A model generated the notes under the pieces. It saw only the letters and a program-made list of their open reading frames with translations. It ran no database searches and was not told where the DNA came from. The position numbers were made by a program, and so were the translations under genes. From NCBI GenBank assembly GCA_016839365.1, contig JAEOUH010000070.1:89527-153526 (forward strand): 64,000 bases of DNA, given 5' to 3'. Below are positions 29,276-39,089 of the stretch, piece after piece. The number at the start of each line of letters is the position of its first letter. The stretch's first letter is position 1. Source of the DNA: Candidatus Hermodarchaeota archaeon. Its GTDB lineage: Archaea > Asgardarchaeota > Hermodarchaeia > Hermodarchaeales > Hermodarchaeaceae.

Positions 29276-30124
29276 CTAAAAGAGTTTATTTCCACAATTT
29301 GGGCAGAATTTACCTGGAAACATGAAGAGGGGTAATTCGGCATCACATTTCGAACAGTGCACAATGAGCTTTTTCCCACAATTTGAGCAGTGCTCACTGA
29401 TGGGTACTGTGTTTTTACAATGGGGACATTGTGCTTGTGGCATTGCGGGCATGGTCCCAGATGTAAATGCAGGGCCAGTATTGGGAGTTGAAATAGGTGG
29501 TGGATCTGAGGAAGGTGTCCTCACAGGGGCACCACAATGGGGACAATGTGTTTTGCCTGAGGGAACGTGAGTCCCACAAAATGGGCATTTGCTTTTCACC
29601 TTGGAGGATTCGATATGAGCTTCGATGACTGCAAACATTTGGGGCTTCTTTGCTTCAAATTCGATGTCCTCACCACTACTGAGTGTTATTACGAGTTTAT
29701 TTCCTGGACTGTCAATGTTATCAATAATCATCAACGGAACGGCAATGGACTCTGCGACCCCTCCCTGTCCACGGGCAACCATCTGGTTCGTTGAAAGTGT
29801 ATTGATCATGATTGCTGTTGCCGTAGCATGTGATGCGGTGCGGATACCTCGACCAACAGCACGACCAAAAATGCCTCCGTGGCGTTGGGCTGCTCCTGCA
29901 GCCACAGAGCCAGCTACGCCAACAGCAAATGCTTTGGCAAAGCCTCCAAACATTCCACCGCCCTTGGGCTTCTCCATCTTATACCAGACTAGGCGAACAT
30001 CTGAAACAGCGAGACGACCAGTATTCTTTTCAAATCGCACATCATCAATGGTAGAAGCGATTTTCTCATATCCCAATGGAACGAGTTGTCCGTTCTGGAC
30101 TGAGACGTTGAGAAATTCTGTCAT
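29276..30124 (-). CDS. PH-like domain plus multiple zinc ribbons (DZR-type)
   Basis: GRLAVSDVRLVWY...VPLMIIDNI...LVITL; six CxxC pairs in the C-terminal half. Confidence 0.7.
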   Translation of the reverse strand: MTEFLNVSVQNGQLVPLGYEKIASTIDDVRFEKNTGRLAVSDVRLVWYKMEKPKGGGMFGGFAKAFAVGVAGSVAAGAAQRHGGIFGRAVGRGIRTASHATATAIMINTLSTNQMVARGQGGVAESIAVPLMIIDNIDSPGNKLVITLSSGEDIEFEAKKPQMFAVIEAHIESSKVKSKCPFCGTHVPSGKTHCPHCGAPVRTPSSDPPPISTPNTGPAFTSGTMPAMPQAQCPHCKNTVPISEHCSNCGKKLIVHCSKCDAELPLFMFPGKFCPNCGNKLF

Positions 30125-30229
30125 ACTTAACCCCTCTCATTTCCTTTCTAAAACCTTTGTACTCACGAAAAAACAATCACTCATTCTTCAACTTGTCTCA
30201 ACTTAGAAAACCGGTTAATGCTGCAAAAC

Positions 30230-31837
30230 CTACCACCCGATGGCAGTTCCATCCGCTCTTGGGCTAGATCCTCCACAGAGCACTCCGGATGCTGGGTTTC
30301 GAGTAATTATTTGCCCTCGACCAAACATCATCCGACTGGCTCCCGACACTGTTGTGATGTTGTGACCGTATTCCCTAAGTGTGGTTACAGTCAATTCTGG
30401 GATTTCATCTTCAAGAAAGACTTCACTAGCGCTCCTTCCACCTCGAATAGTGAATCGTGGGGCATCCAAAGCCTCTTGCGGGTTCATGCCAAAATCAATC
30501 AGGTTGATGAGAACTTGGACATGTCCTTGTGGTTGGTTAAAGCCTCCCATTACTCCAAAACTAGCGTATAGTTCGTTGTTTTGGAGAGCCATTCCTGGAA
30601 TTATTGTGTGATAAGGTCGCTTATTCGGCGCAAGTACGTTGGGATGGTTTGGACGAAGAGAAAAGTTCGCACCCCGATTTTGTAATGTAAACCCACACCC
30701 TTTGGGAATCAGTCCCGTGCCAAACCCCATGTAATTTGAGTTAATGAAACTGCACGCGTTAGCTTCAGCATCGACGACAGAAAAGTAGACAGTATCGGAT
30801 TCGCTCCTTGGGATTCCTCGGCTGTAAGAAAGATTCGTATGTTTTAAAGAAATTTCTTTCCGGCGTTTAGAAGCATATTCCTTTGAAATTAGTTCTTGAA
30901 TCGGCACATCTACTACTGTCGGGTCTGCCACATACCATTGAGTATCGGCAAAGGCCAGACGTAGAGCTTCTATCATTAAGTGGAGATGTTCAACTGTAGA
31001 ATGCCCAAGTTTTGAGAAATCATACTCTTCAAGGATATTCAAAGCAGTAAGGGCGGTTATCCCTTGGCCATTCGGGGGAATCTCAAACACATCTATTCCT
31101 TTGTAGTTTACAGATATTGGTTCATCGAATGTGCTTTGATGGTTCTTCAAATCCTCCTCTGTCATCACTCCCCCCAATGATTGAATCAACTTCACAATTG
31201 CTTCAGCAATATATCCCTCATAGAATCCTTGTTTCCCATTATCGGCTACTTCTCGGAACGTTCGTGCTAAGTTGGGTAGCTTCATGATTTCTCCGGCTTT
31301 GGGAGCCCTGCCATTAATTAACATTTCATCAGCATTCGGACCTTGTTTCAACTGTTTCACTCCTCGTTGCCAAGCAGCGGCAGTTAATGGCGCAACAGGA
31401 AAACCTTCTTCAGCTAGAGCAATGGCGGGGGCAAGGACTTCCTTGATTGTTAACGAGCCAAATTTCGTTACTGTATCAACCCAACCTGCTGCTGCCCCGG
31501 GTACGGTTATTGTATGAACACTTAGGGGTGGAAGGGTCCCTTTGATACCCGTCTCTGCTAGTTTTGTCAATGTTAATTTTCCTGGGGCTCTTCCGCTTCC
31601 ATTCAGTCCTTTCACAGTTTTCGTGGAATTATTAAAGAATAAACAGAAACAATCTCCACCGATGCCTGTCGAACAGGGCTCAGTGACATTTAATGCAGCA
31701 GCAGTGGCTACTGCAGCATCAGCAGCGTTTCCTCCACTTTGTAATACTCTCAGACCAATTTCTGAGGCTAATGGCTGACTTGATGCCACCATACCATGTT
31801 TAGCATAGACGGGGGATCGGTATGAACTGAATTTCAT
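30230..31837 (-). CDS. ggt: gamma-glutamyltransferase
   Basis: GGNAADAAVA, GIGGDCF, PPNGQG, nucleophile SDTVYFSVVD, RPYHTIIP, GVMGGFNQPQGH; start moved to 31837. Confidence 0.95.
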   Translation of the reverse strand: MKFSSYRSPVYAKHGMVASSQPLASEIGLRVLQSGGNAADAAVATAAALNVTEPCSTGIGGDCFCLFFNNSTKTVKGLNGSGRAPGKLTLTKLAETGIKGTLPPLSVHTITVPGAAAGWVDTVTKFGSLTIKEVLAPAIALAEEGFPVAPLTAAAWQRGVKQLKQGPNADEMLINGRAPKAGEIMKLPNLARTFREVADNGKQGFYEGYIAEAIVKLIQSLGGVMTEEDLKNHQSTFDEPISVNYKGIDVFEIPPNGQGITALTALNILEEYDFSKLGHSTVEHLHLMIEALRLAFADTQWYVADPTVVDVPIQELISKEYASKRRKEISLKHTNLSYSRGIPRSESDTVYFSVVDAEANACSFINSNYMGFGTGLIPKGCGFTLQNRGANFSLRPNHPNVLAPNKRPYHTIIPGMALQNNELYASFGVMGGFNQPQGHVQVLINLIDFGMNPQEALDAPRFTIRGGRSASEVFLEDEIPELTVTTLREYGHNITTVSGASRMMFGRGQIITRNPASGVLCGGSSPRADGTAIGW

Positions 31838-31880
31838 GTGGAGTAATTTGTTGTTCGTACAATAAATCCTATGGGTGCTA

Positions 31881-33197
31881 TTAGGCTCCCGAGTTGGAAT
31901 CACTTTCTGGTTGATCTTGTACCTCATCTTTCCCAATTTCATGTTTTTCGAGTTTCTCTTCGACATGGCGGAGGCCTGTAAATACCCATGTGAGAAGCAA
32001 GAAGCTAATCATGATACTCCCAAAGAATAGAAAGATGAGTGGAATTGAAAATATCTCCGCGAGTATACCAGCGGCCAGAAACGCAAAGGGTCCCGTGAAC
32101 TGTGCGATCGTTAAACGGACTGAAAAAACTCGACCCATTTTTTCCGGAGGTACAACCTTTTGCCATATCGTTTGACTAGAGACATTGGCTACAGGCAAGG
32201 TGAATCCAACAAGGACGATGCCAAGTGCAGCCACCCAAAACAGGCCAACTGGGGTCAAAGCAAGAATGACCATCCCAAGGGCACCAAGGAATAATCCGAG
32301 GACAACGCCGATAACATTACGTTTGAAACCTCCGGAAACCATCATGATAGCAGATGCAATCATCATGCTTGCGCTCTGCAACGACATCAGGATGCCTAGG
32401 TACACGACAGCTAGATCGAGGTTCAGAAAGGCAAGATTGATGGTGGTGTAAAGGGGAAGCAGGACGAAAATGGGTGGAAGAAAGAAGTTGGCCAGAGTGA
32501 ATACCGAAAGCAAGGTCAGTAGTCCAGATCGTGACCTTATGAATGTGAGACCTTCAGCGAATTCCTCTCTAAAGGACGGTTTATCTTCTTGGACTTTCTT
32601 CTGAATTGCTGGTATGGTCACAAGGATTGCAGGAAAAATCGCGATCAGATAGGTTCCAATATCTATAAAGAGAATCCTAGCCATGTCTCCAAGAAAGATA
32701 AGAAACACCAAGGCGCCGATTGCGGGTCCAATAGTCTGAACAAACGCTGTGGCAAAATAGTTCAGACTATTCATACGAGTTAGGTGCTTTCTGGGCACCA
32801 TGATTGGAATAATGGCTTGAACGGCTGTAGCGTGGAACGCGCCGACCATTCCACCTACTAATTGGATTAGGAGCACATGAGTGATATTAGTTATCCCTAG
32901 GAAGAATAGGATGACGAGAATCAGACTCAACATTGCAAGGATGCTATCTGCAACAATAATGACTTTCTTGCGCGACCAGCGGTCAACTAAGACGCCAGCG
33001 ATGGGTGTAATGAGGATGAAACTTCCGAATGCGAAGAATGCCGAGATACCCAAGAAAAAGGCACTGCCAGTTTGAATGGTTATCCACCAAACCAGACTAA
33101 AGTTGACAATGTTGGTGCCGGCTAATGATGCAAGTTGGCCACCCCAAAAAATGAGGTAATGGCGAAAAGTGCGTTTATCTGGTTCCAGCTGGTTCAT
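31881..33197 (-). CDS. MFS efflux transporter (DHA3/MefA-like)
   Basis: GQLASLAGT, AGVLVDRWSRKKVII.AD and VPPEKMGRVFS motifs. Confidence 0.9.
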   Translation of the reverse strand: MNQLEPDKRTFRHYLIFWGGQLASLAGTNIVNFSLVWWITIQTGSAFFLGISAFFAFGSFILITPIAGVLVDRWSRKKVIIVADSILAMLSLILVILFFLGITNITHVLLIQLVGGMVGAFHATAVQAIIPIMVPRKHLTRMNSLNYFATAFVQTIGPAIGALVFLIFLGDMARILFIDIGTYLIAIFPAILVTIPAIQKKVQEDKPSFREEFAEGLTFIRSRSGLLTLLSVFTLANFFLPPIFVLLPLYTTINLAFLNLDLAVVYLGILMSLQSASMMIASAIMMVSGGFKRNVIGVVLGLFLGALGMVILALTPVGLFWVAALGIVLVGFTLPVANVSSQTIWQKVVPPEKMGRVFSVRLTIAQFTGPFAFLAAGILAEIFSIPLIFLFFGSIMISFLLLTWVFTGLRHVEEKLEKHEIGKDEVQDQPESDSNSGA

Positions 33198-33321
33198 GGT
33201 ATATCAGATCCTCAAACGTGGGCTTGAGTAATATTCTCATTATGCGAGAATACGCTCTTGTACTATGATAAAAGCTTTTGTTATGGGGGGCAAGAGACGG
33301 CAAAAGCCATACTTGAACCTG

Positions 33322-33836
33322 TTATTGTGTTGAAATGGGTGTGAATCTCTGTACCCCAGTGAATTTCTCGGGGCGTTGTGTAAAGGCTTGAACATAGTTG
33401 ACGACGAAGTTGTGGTTAATGGCGGGGAACTGGATGATGTTGGGGGGATGGAAGCCGAGGACTTCCTAGTCTTTATCTGGCCGTTCAGAAATCAGAGTAC
33501 CCATGGAAACATCTTGTCATTGGTCAATTGATTAGAGTCCAAGGAGCGCCTAGATGTTCTTGTTCGTCCAATCCTCTCCTATGGGAGAGTGGACGATTTG
33601 ACATTTCCTATGACGTTGTAGTTAAACTGGCTCTTGATCAATTCCTGGAGATCGTCAACGTATTTGGGGGTGAGGGTGAAATAGTCCTCCAGTTTGATTA
33701 GTTCAGAAAAGTCGACAAAGTAGAGGGTGAAATCGCCTTCAGGACCAGGTTTCAGAGCATCAAATAGGACTTTCCAGATGAGGACCAAGATATCACCGGG
33801 TCCCTTTAGGCTGTTAGCTCGTATAAGCGTTGACAC
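33322..33836 (-). pseudogene. possible degraded gene (fragmented reading frames)
   Basis: 85-aa ORF 33579-33836, then a second frame 33322-33504 with an internal TAG at 33466-33468; coding-like but no family recognised. Confidence 0.3.
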
Positions 33837-33851
33837 ACATTGAAGGTGTGC

Positions 33852-34619
33852 TTAAGAGGGTGCGAAACTGGCCAGTTGCCAGTAGGCGAGGCTGACGATC
33901 TGGCACATAGTACACTGGGAGGCGTAGGTGGTGAGCCATTCGATGTTGGCTCCTTCAGCGTAGTGAATGGGTACAAAATAGCGGGGTTGGATGACTTCAA
34001 GGGCATCGACAACTTCTTCGTTGAACATAGTTTGACATCCTGGGCCCAAGGGAAGCATTGCAACATCAATTGTGCCTGTTATTTCACTGTATTCGGGGAT
34101 ATTCTTGGAATCACCGGCATGGAAGAAGGTGACGCCACCGAATTCGATAATATAGCTAGTATATTCTGCTTCTAGTGGATGACTAGCTTGGCCCCCCTCG
34201 ACATCAAAGGTGTACATGAAGAACGCTGTAATGGTAACTTGCTCATACACTAATTCATCTCGAGGTACAACACCAATTCCACCATGAACCACGATCTCTG
34301 CAGACATGTTGGCAGGAAACACATTAATTGTTCCTTCTTTTTGGATTAATCCAATGGAAGAAGGTTGATAATGGTCGCCATGTGGATGCGTAACGAGCAC
34401 CACATCAGCAGGTAGTGCTTCATAATTAGCTGGCAGATTGATGGGATCCACATAGATGCGATAGCCGTTGAATTCGAGCATTACGCCTGCGTTATCTAGG
34501 AGTTGGAAACGTACGCCAACGGGTGGCATAAGGGAAAACCCGATGAGTGGTACTGCAACAGCCACTGTTGCCACAATTACAACACTGATGATGATCTTCG
34601 CATTCTTTGTTAATGGCAT
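33852..34619 (-). CDS. MBL-fold metallo-hydrolase with N-terminal membrane anchor
   Basis: THPHGDH, FHAGD and VPIHY motifs; start moved to MPLTK (34619). Confidence 0.88.
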   Translation of the reverse strand: MPLTKNAKIIISVVIVATVAVAVPLIGFSLMPPVGVRFQLLDNAGVMLEFNGYRIYVDPINLPANYEALPADVVLVTHPHGDHYQPSSIGLIQKEGTINVFPANMSAEIVVHGGIGVVPRDELVYEQVTITAFFMYTFDVEGGQASHPLEAEYTSYIIEFGGVTFFHAGDSKNIPEYSEITGTIDVAMLPLGPGCQTMFNEEVVDALEVIQPRYFVPIHYAEGANIEWLTTYASQCTMCQIVSLAYWQLASFAPS

Positions 34620-34753
34620 AACTGCTGCTTCTCTATTCTGTAATATAATTTCACGGAATCTGTTCGGTTCGGATTTCCGCATCAAGAAAAGGATTGTTGG
34701 AGCAGATACGAACCTCGTGGTTCGGGATGATGCAGTTTCCTTCTGATCCAGAT

Positions 34754-34981
34754 TTAGTGAGCAAGTTTGACCAGCCAGATTATCAACAAGATGACTAAAA
34801 CTGTAATAGCCGTGGTAAATCCTACTGTACTTGGAGATGTACCCCTATTGAAGTCATCACATTCCAAGTAGCAATACTTGCAGAAATGCAATTGGTCGGG
34901 TATTCTACTAGACCATTTGTATTTAAGGCGATTAACGGCCTTACCGACGATTTCTTCACCACAGTTAGAGCATTGCACCAT
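34754..34981 (-). CDS. small zinc-finger membrane protein
   Basis: CSNCG...HFCKYC plus C-terminal TM; start ATG 34981. Confidence 0.6.
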   Translation of the reverse strand: MVQCSNCGEEIVGKAVNRLKYKWSSRIPDQLHFCKYCYLECDDFNRGTSPSTVGFTTAITVLVILLIIWLVKLAH

Positions 34982-35127
34982 TCTATTTAACCACAAATTC
35001 CTTCTTACAGAGTTGTAGGCAACTAAGGAAAGTAATGTAAATCCTAGAATATAATCCTCTGGCAATGAGAGTATGAGGAGAAATACTCAGAGTTACCTAA
35101 AATCAACAAAATTCTGAAGGCTCTGGT

Positions 35128-36081
35128 TCAGATTGGGTGCTTGGGTATTTTTGGAAGAAATCTTATCGTACTCCTCTGAGGAAATAGGCGGTAGACAAAC
35201 TCTTTGTTTTGAATGGTTGGCGGAATGGTAAATCCTTTATTACTTAGGGTGGAATTCTCTTGAACAGTTTCCCAAGCAATCTCTTGTAAGAAGATAGCAT
35301 CCACCGCTGAAACATTAAAGAAATAGGAAGGAAGTGGTGGGGAAGTGGGGCGGTAAGAAAGTCCAACAGGGTTTTCATTAAAAATCGTGGCATAAATTAC
35401 AAGTGCAGCAAGATACGTTCCATTCATACTTGAATGCATTACATCCGAATATATGTAATAACCTGGGCGAGTATCATTTACTTTCTTGAATGCAAGGCCG
35501 ACTGGAGCTACCAATATATCATACTTCTCTGCAAGGTCATAATGAGCTTGAGCCATCACTGAAAGAGGAAGGGGTTGTAAATCAGGTTTCCACCAAGGAG
35601 CGCCGAGAGCTTCCCATGCCATAAATAAAACTGGTTCAGCTCCTACTTCTCTACTTGCTTCAATAAGGAGACTCGCATGAGTTTTGAAACTTTCAATACC
35701 TGCAAGATACGGTGTTCCCTGCACAATTACATAGTCATATTGACCAGCAGAAATCATTTCCAGAGCTGATGAGGAAAGCAGGGCTAAATGTGCCATGGAT
35801 GCAGTATTATCATCAGCTTCGATTCTATGAGATGGAGACGCAGAGGATCCTAATTGCTCTACGTGGTAATCAACCCCTCCATAATTATAGGTTAAACTGT
35901 TGCCGATAAAAAGCATTTTGACTGAATAATCCTGATACCCTTGGTTTATCCTCAGATACAATGTAAAGGCCACACATACAGAAACCACAATCAACGAGGT
36001 TAGAATTAAAACCTTATACTTCGGCCTAATTTTACTAAGTTTTCGAAGAATATTCTTAACCACGACACCATCTCGATTCAA
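35128..36081 (-). CDS. SGNH/GDSL hydrolase family protein, N-terminal TM
   Basis: LFIGNSLT block I and SDVMHSS..GTYLAA block V. Confidence 0.85.
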   Translation of the reverse strand: MNRDGVVVKNILRKLSKIRPKYKVLILTSLIVVSVCVAFTLYLRINQGYQDYSVKMLFIGNSLTYNYGGVDYHVEQLGSSASPSHRIEADDNTASMAHLALLSSSALEMISAGQYDYVIVQGTPYLAGIESFKTHASLLIEASREVGAEPVLFMAWEALGAPWWKPDLQPLPLSVMAQAHYDLAEKYDILVAPVGLAFKKVNDTRPGYYIYSDVMHSSMNGTYLAALVIYATIFNENPVGLSYRPTSPPLPSYFFNVSAVDAIFLQEIAWETVQENSTLSNKGFTIPPTIQNKEFVYRLFPQRSTIRFLPKIPKHPI

Positions 36082-36297
36082 ACTGAAGTCAGAATTTGCA
36101 TATCAATCAAATTACAAATATGAAAGCAAAAAAAAGCAAAAACCATGTAAAAATGGATTAACTTTGCAGTTTCATTTGCAAAATTATAAACTTCGTAACA
36201 TTATTTTTTAATATACCCGTGTCTAAATTTGCAACAATTGTTGGGAATTTGACATCATTTAGTTGAATATAATTCAATGATTCCCTAAATCTCCATA

Positions 36298-37266
36298 ATG
36301 GTGGAAGAGTTGGATTGGCTGGATAAGGCACTCATTTTCGAATTATATTCTAATGCACGAATTCCAATCCAGGTACTTTGCAAAAAGTATGATGTGGCTT
36401 TTAATACCATCAAAAATCGAATAAAAAAATTAGAAAAAAAGGGTGTAATTCTCGAATATTGTGTCGAATTAAGTATGGAAATGCTCGGGGCTGAATGGCT
36501 TTATGTGGAAATTACCACAAATGGTACAGAAGATATAGAAGAGTTTGTTAATCAAATTGGTAATCATCCGTTGGTTCGATTTTCTAATCAAATTAGTACT
36601 CAAAAATATCAAGCTCGGGCCATCGTTACAGGCGCAAATGAAATTTTCGAATTAAAGCATTTTATTAAATCAATTAGTTCAGTCATTGAATTTCAAATGC
36701 ACCCTTTCGTGTGGATTGCTCCTACGGCCTTACCTTCTAGTAAAGCACGAACAAAGGGGCATAGGATTGTCTTCACCAAGAATCAATTACAAATACTGCA
36801 TTGTTTAGCCAATGATGTTCGAATGCCTGTAACAGAAATCTCTAAACGAACCAATATTCCAATCCGTAAAGTGAATAAGATATTAGAAGAACTACATGAA
36901 GGGGGAGGAGTGCATTTTACGATTCGAATGATGATGGCGGATCCAGTTGAATTAATTATATTCCTCAGATATGACGATAAAAAAATAGACATCAATCATA
37001 TTGTTGAATGGTTTCAAAAACGTTATCCATTAGAATTCTGGGGTGGGGCTTGCTGGTTAAATGAACCAGTCTTTGAGGTGATAATTGTACCTGGGAAGAT
37101 TACAGTATTTAGTGACATCATCCGACAAGTACGAGCAGCACCTTTTACTATTTCAGTACAGACACATCTTTTTTCATCTGATTCATTACTGCGTGGACAG
37201 TATAGAGGACCCAGTCATACCCGTTTAGAAGAAATGTTCCGAAAGGCAGGTCTTGTAGAAACATGA
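36298..37266 (+). CDS. tandem-duplicated Lrp/AsnC-type wHTH transcription regulator
   Basis: Two HTH units (LDWLDKALIFELYSNAR...IKNRIKKLEKKGVI; QLQILHCLANDVRMPVTEIS...) each followed by an effector domain; divergent from the SGNH gene. Confidence 0.85.
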   Translation: MVEELDWLDKALIFELYSNARIPIQVLCKKYDVAFNTIKNRIKKLEKKGVILEYCVELSMEMLGAEWLYVEITTNGTEDIEEFVNQIGNHPLVRFSNQISTQKYQARAIVTGANEIFELKHFIKSISSVIEFQMHPFVWIAPTALPSSKARTKGHRIVFTKNQLQILHCLANDVRMPVTEISKRTNIPIRKVNKILEELHEGGGVHFTIRMMMADPVELIIFLRYDDKKIDINHIVEWFQKRYPLEFWGGACWLNEPVFEVIIVPGKITVFSDIIRQVRAAPFTISVQTHLFSSDSLLRGQYRGPSHTRLEEMFRKAGLVET

Positions 37267-37378
37267 ACCCTTCGAAATTTCGAACCTAATTGAATAAATT
37301 GAAATGTTAACACTGGTTTGGTATCGCCGGAACTCAAGAATTAACTAATGACATGTTCAGGTTCAATAGATTCGATAC

Positions 37379-37993
37379 TCAGGATTTCTTGATTGGTTGA
37401 CGAATCACTGTTCGCAACTTCTCTGGCACTGTTCGACGTGGATCACTAAGATAGATTTCATGGTGTTTTCCACGGAGCTCATAACCCTGATTAAAGGCAT
37501 ACTGGTGCATAGCTTCAATCACAGGGCCTTCTTCCGAGAAGGGGCCAATGTGCATTACTTGAACCGATACGCCCTCCTTATAGGTTTCCAACCGCATCTT
37601 GGGTAAGGCAACGGGGGCGTTCTTTTTCTGCACTGCCTCAATGGCTTCTTTATAGTATTCTTGTGTCACTTCAGGAGGCTGCATGATCATGGAAGTCCAG
37701 AGCCATTCATCCTTTCGAGTATCGATAATGAAGACCGTCATATCCTTTGCCCACCACAAACCTTCGAGGGGCATCACCGTATAATCAATGATTCTGGCTT
37801 TCTTCAAGGCAAACTTCAACGTATAGGATACGGGGTAGAGGGCTTCCATCGCCTGTGTGTATTCAATTGAGGTTCCTGGGTAGCCCTTCCCGTCAATCAT
37901 GAGGTACTGCATGGGCGGTACATCAACGATAACCGGTTTTCGGCCTGGCTTGTAGATTTCTTTGAATATTTTTTTATGATCTATTTTTTCCAT
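37379..37993 (-). CDS. GyrI-like protein, cyclopropanoid cyclopropyl hydrolase (lin2189/YtkR7)-type
   Basis: PLEGLWW, W..MI.QP, HIGPFSEE and GKHHEIYLSDPRR...LRTVIRQP. Confidence 0.85.
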   Translation of the reverse strand: MEKIDHKKIFKEIYKPGRKPVIVDVPPMQYLMIDGKGYPGTSIEYTQAMEALYPVSYTLKFALKKARIIDYTVMPLEGLWWAKDMTVFIIDTRKDEWLWTSMIMQPPEVTQEYYKEAIEAVQKKNAPVALPKMRLETYKEGVSVQVMHIGPFSEEGPVIEAMHQYAFNQGYELRGKHHEIYLSDPRRTVPEKLRTVIRQPIKKS

Positions 37994-38005
37994 TTTACAA
38001 CCTTC

Positions 38006-38116
38006 CTAGTTAGTCATGTCTTGGAGGAGTTCGATTCTTTCCTTCTCAACTTGGTAGAGCTGGAATATCCTCTTTTGGACGATGGGTGGAAACTTCGATG
38101 GCTGGGCCACCATCAT
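38006..38116 (-). CDS. 36-aa small ORF, possibly translationally coupled
   Basis: ATG overlaps the upstream stop (ATGA); MMVAQPSKFPPIVQKRIFQLYQVEKERIELLQDMTN; ends 12 nt before the GyrI-like start. Confidence 0.35.
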   Translation of the reverse strand: MMVAQPSKFPPIVQKRIFQLYQVEKERIELLQDMTN

Positions 38117-38997
38117 GGCAGGTGAGGTATTATCAAAAAAAGGATTAGAAGAAAACATAAGATGATGCTTATGATACAAGCAACCGCTATATTTCTAATT
38201 TGTGTATTCCATCTCCTCCGTTGATAAGTACCCACCATGATAAAGGTTAGAAACGATAGAGGGAGGGCCATTATAAGGCCAGGGATGATTAAGGGCCATC
38301 CATAGAGGTACATCAATCCCCGTGTTACAAGGAACCATACCCCAACAGCAATTCCTGCGACAATCTTAGGGAGCCCATGCGTGATTGTCTGGTCTCTTTT
38401 GATTTGCTGTCGTATGGGCTCGATATCTTGACGATAGACTCGAAATCGTAGATAGGCTTGAAGAATACGGACTAATCGGATTTCTTTCTTACCACCGGTA
38501 AGATAGATATTCGTGTAGTAGCAAAGATTCGTTCTCGTTTTACGCCCCCCATGTTCTATAACAAGATCAACTACCTCTATTCCCTTGACATCGAAAGTAA
38601 TTCGACTGATTGAAGGCCATTGAATGTTGTGATTATTGCCAAAAACGCGTGGCAGTGAAATCCCATCTATTGAAATGACCATGTACTTCCTCCGAAGGAA
38701 AATGGACCACACAACAAAGACAATCCCCAGGATTAAGAAAAAACATGCAAACAAATCACCGATGCCCCAGATAAATATGGTGCCATAAATCCAGAGAGTC
38801 GCCCACGTGATGACTCCCCAACTAAAGAACAGAGCAGCACTCCCGAGGACAACGAAAATCCATATTCCCCAGGGAAAGAAATGTGCCTCATAGCCTTGGA
38901 TTCGGCTGACCATCATCATTTCATCATCATAGGGTTTGATGATCTTTCGGTCGAGTTTGAACCGTTCATATGCATATTCTAAATCCCTTTGCCCCAT
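38113..38997 (-). CDS. membrane protein with bacterial PH-like domain
   Basis: Two TMs, then ISIDGISL...IQWPSISRI, then three TMs. Confidence 0.65.
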   Translation of the reverse strand: MGQRDLEYAYERFKLDRKIIKPYDDEMMMVSRIQGYEAHFFPWGIWIFVVLGSAALFFSWGVITWATLWIYGTIFIWGIGDLFACFFLILGIVFVVWSIFLRRKYMVISIDGISLPRVFGNNHNIQWPSISRITFDVKGIEVVDLVIEHGGRKTRTNLCYYTNIYLTGGKKEIRLVRILQAYLRFRVYRQDIEPIRQQIKRDQTITHGLPKIVAGIAVGVWFLVTRGLMYLYGWPLIIPGLIMALPLSFLTFIMVGTYQRRRWNTQIRNIAVACIISIILCFLLILFLIIPHLP

Positions 38998-39089
38998 ACG
39001 AAACCACAGATTATTTACTCCTAATATTAAATAAAAGGTGGGGGTCCTTGACAGATCAGAATCGAGTATGAGCGTGTGGTGAATGTTGT

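Noticed and set aside
29625-30206. 193-aa plus-strand Ala/Pro-rich ORF and other long antisense ORFs (e.g. 2370-2834, 48450-48911, 49390-49893)
   Set aside because: They are antisense or alternate-frame to better-supported genes and carry no recognisable motifs.
31838-31966. Long gene overlaps from extended starts (ggt/MFS; likewise 7614-7727, 19925-20059 and 47828-47923)
   Set aside because: These are artefacts of longest-ORF calling; downstream ATGs match the family N-termini.
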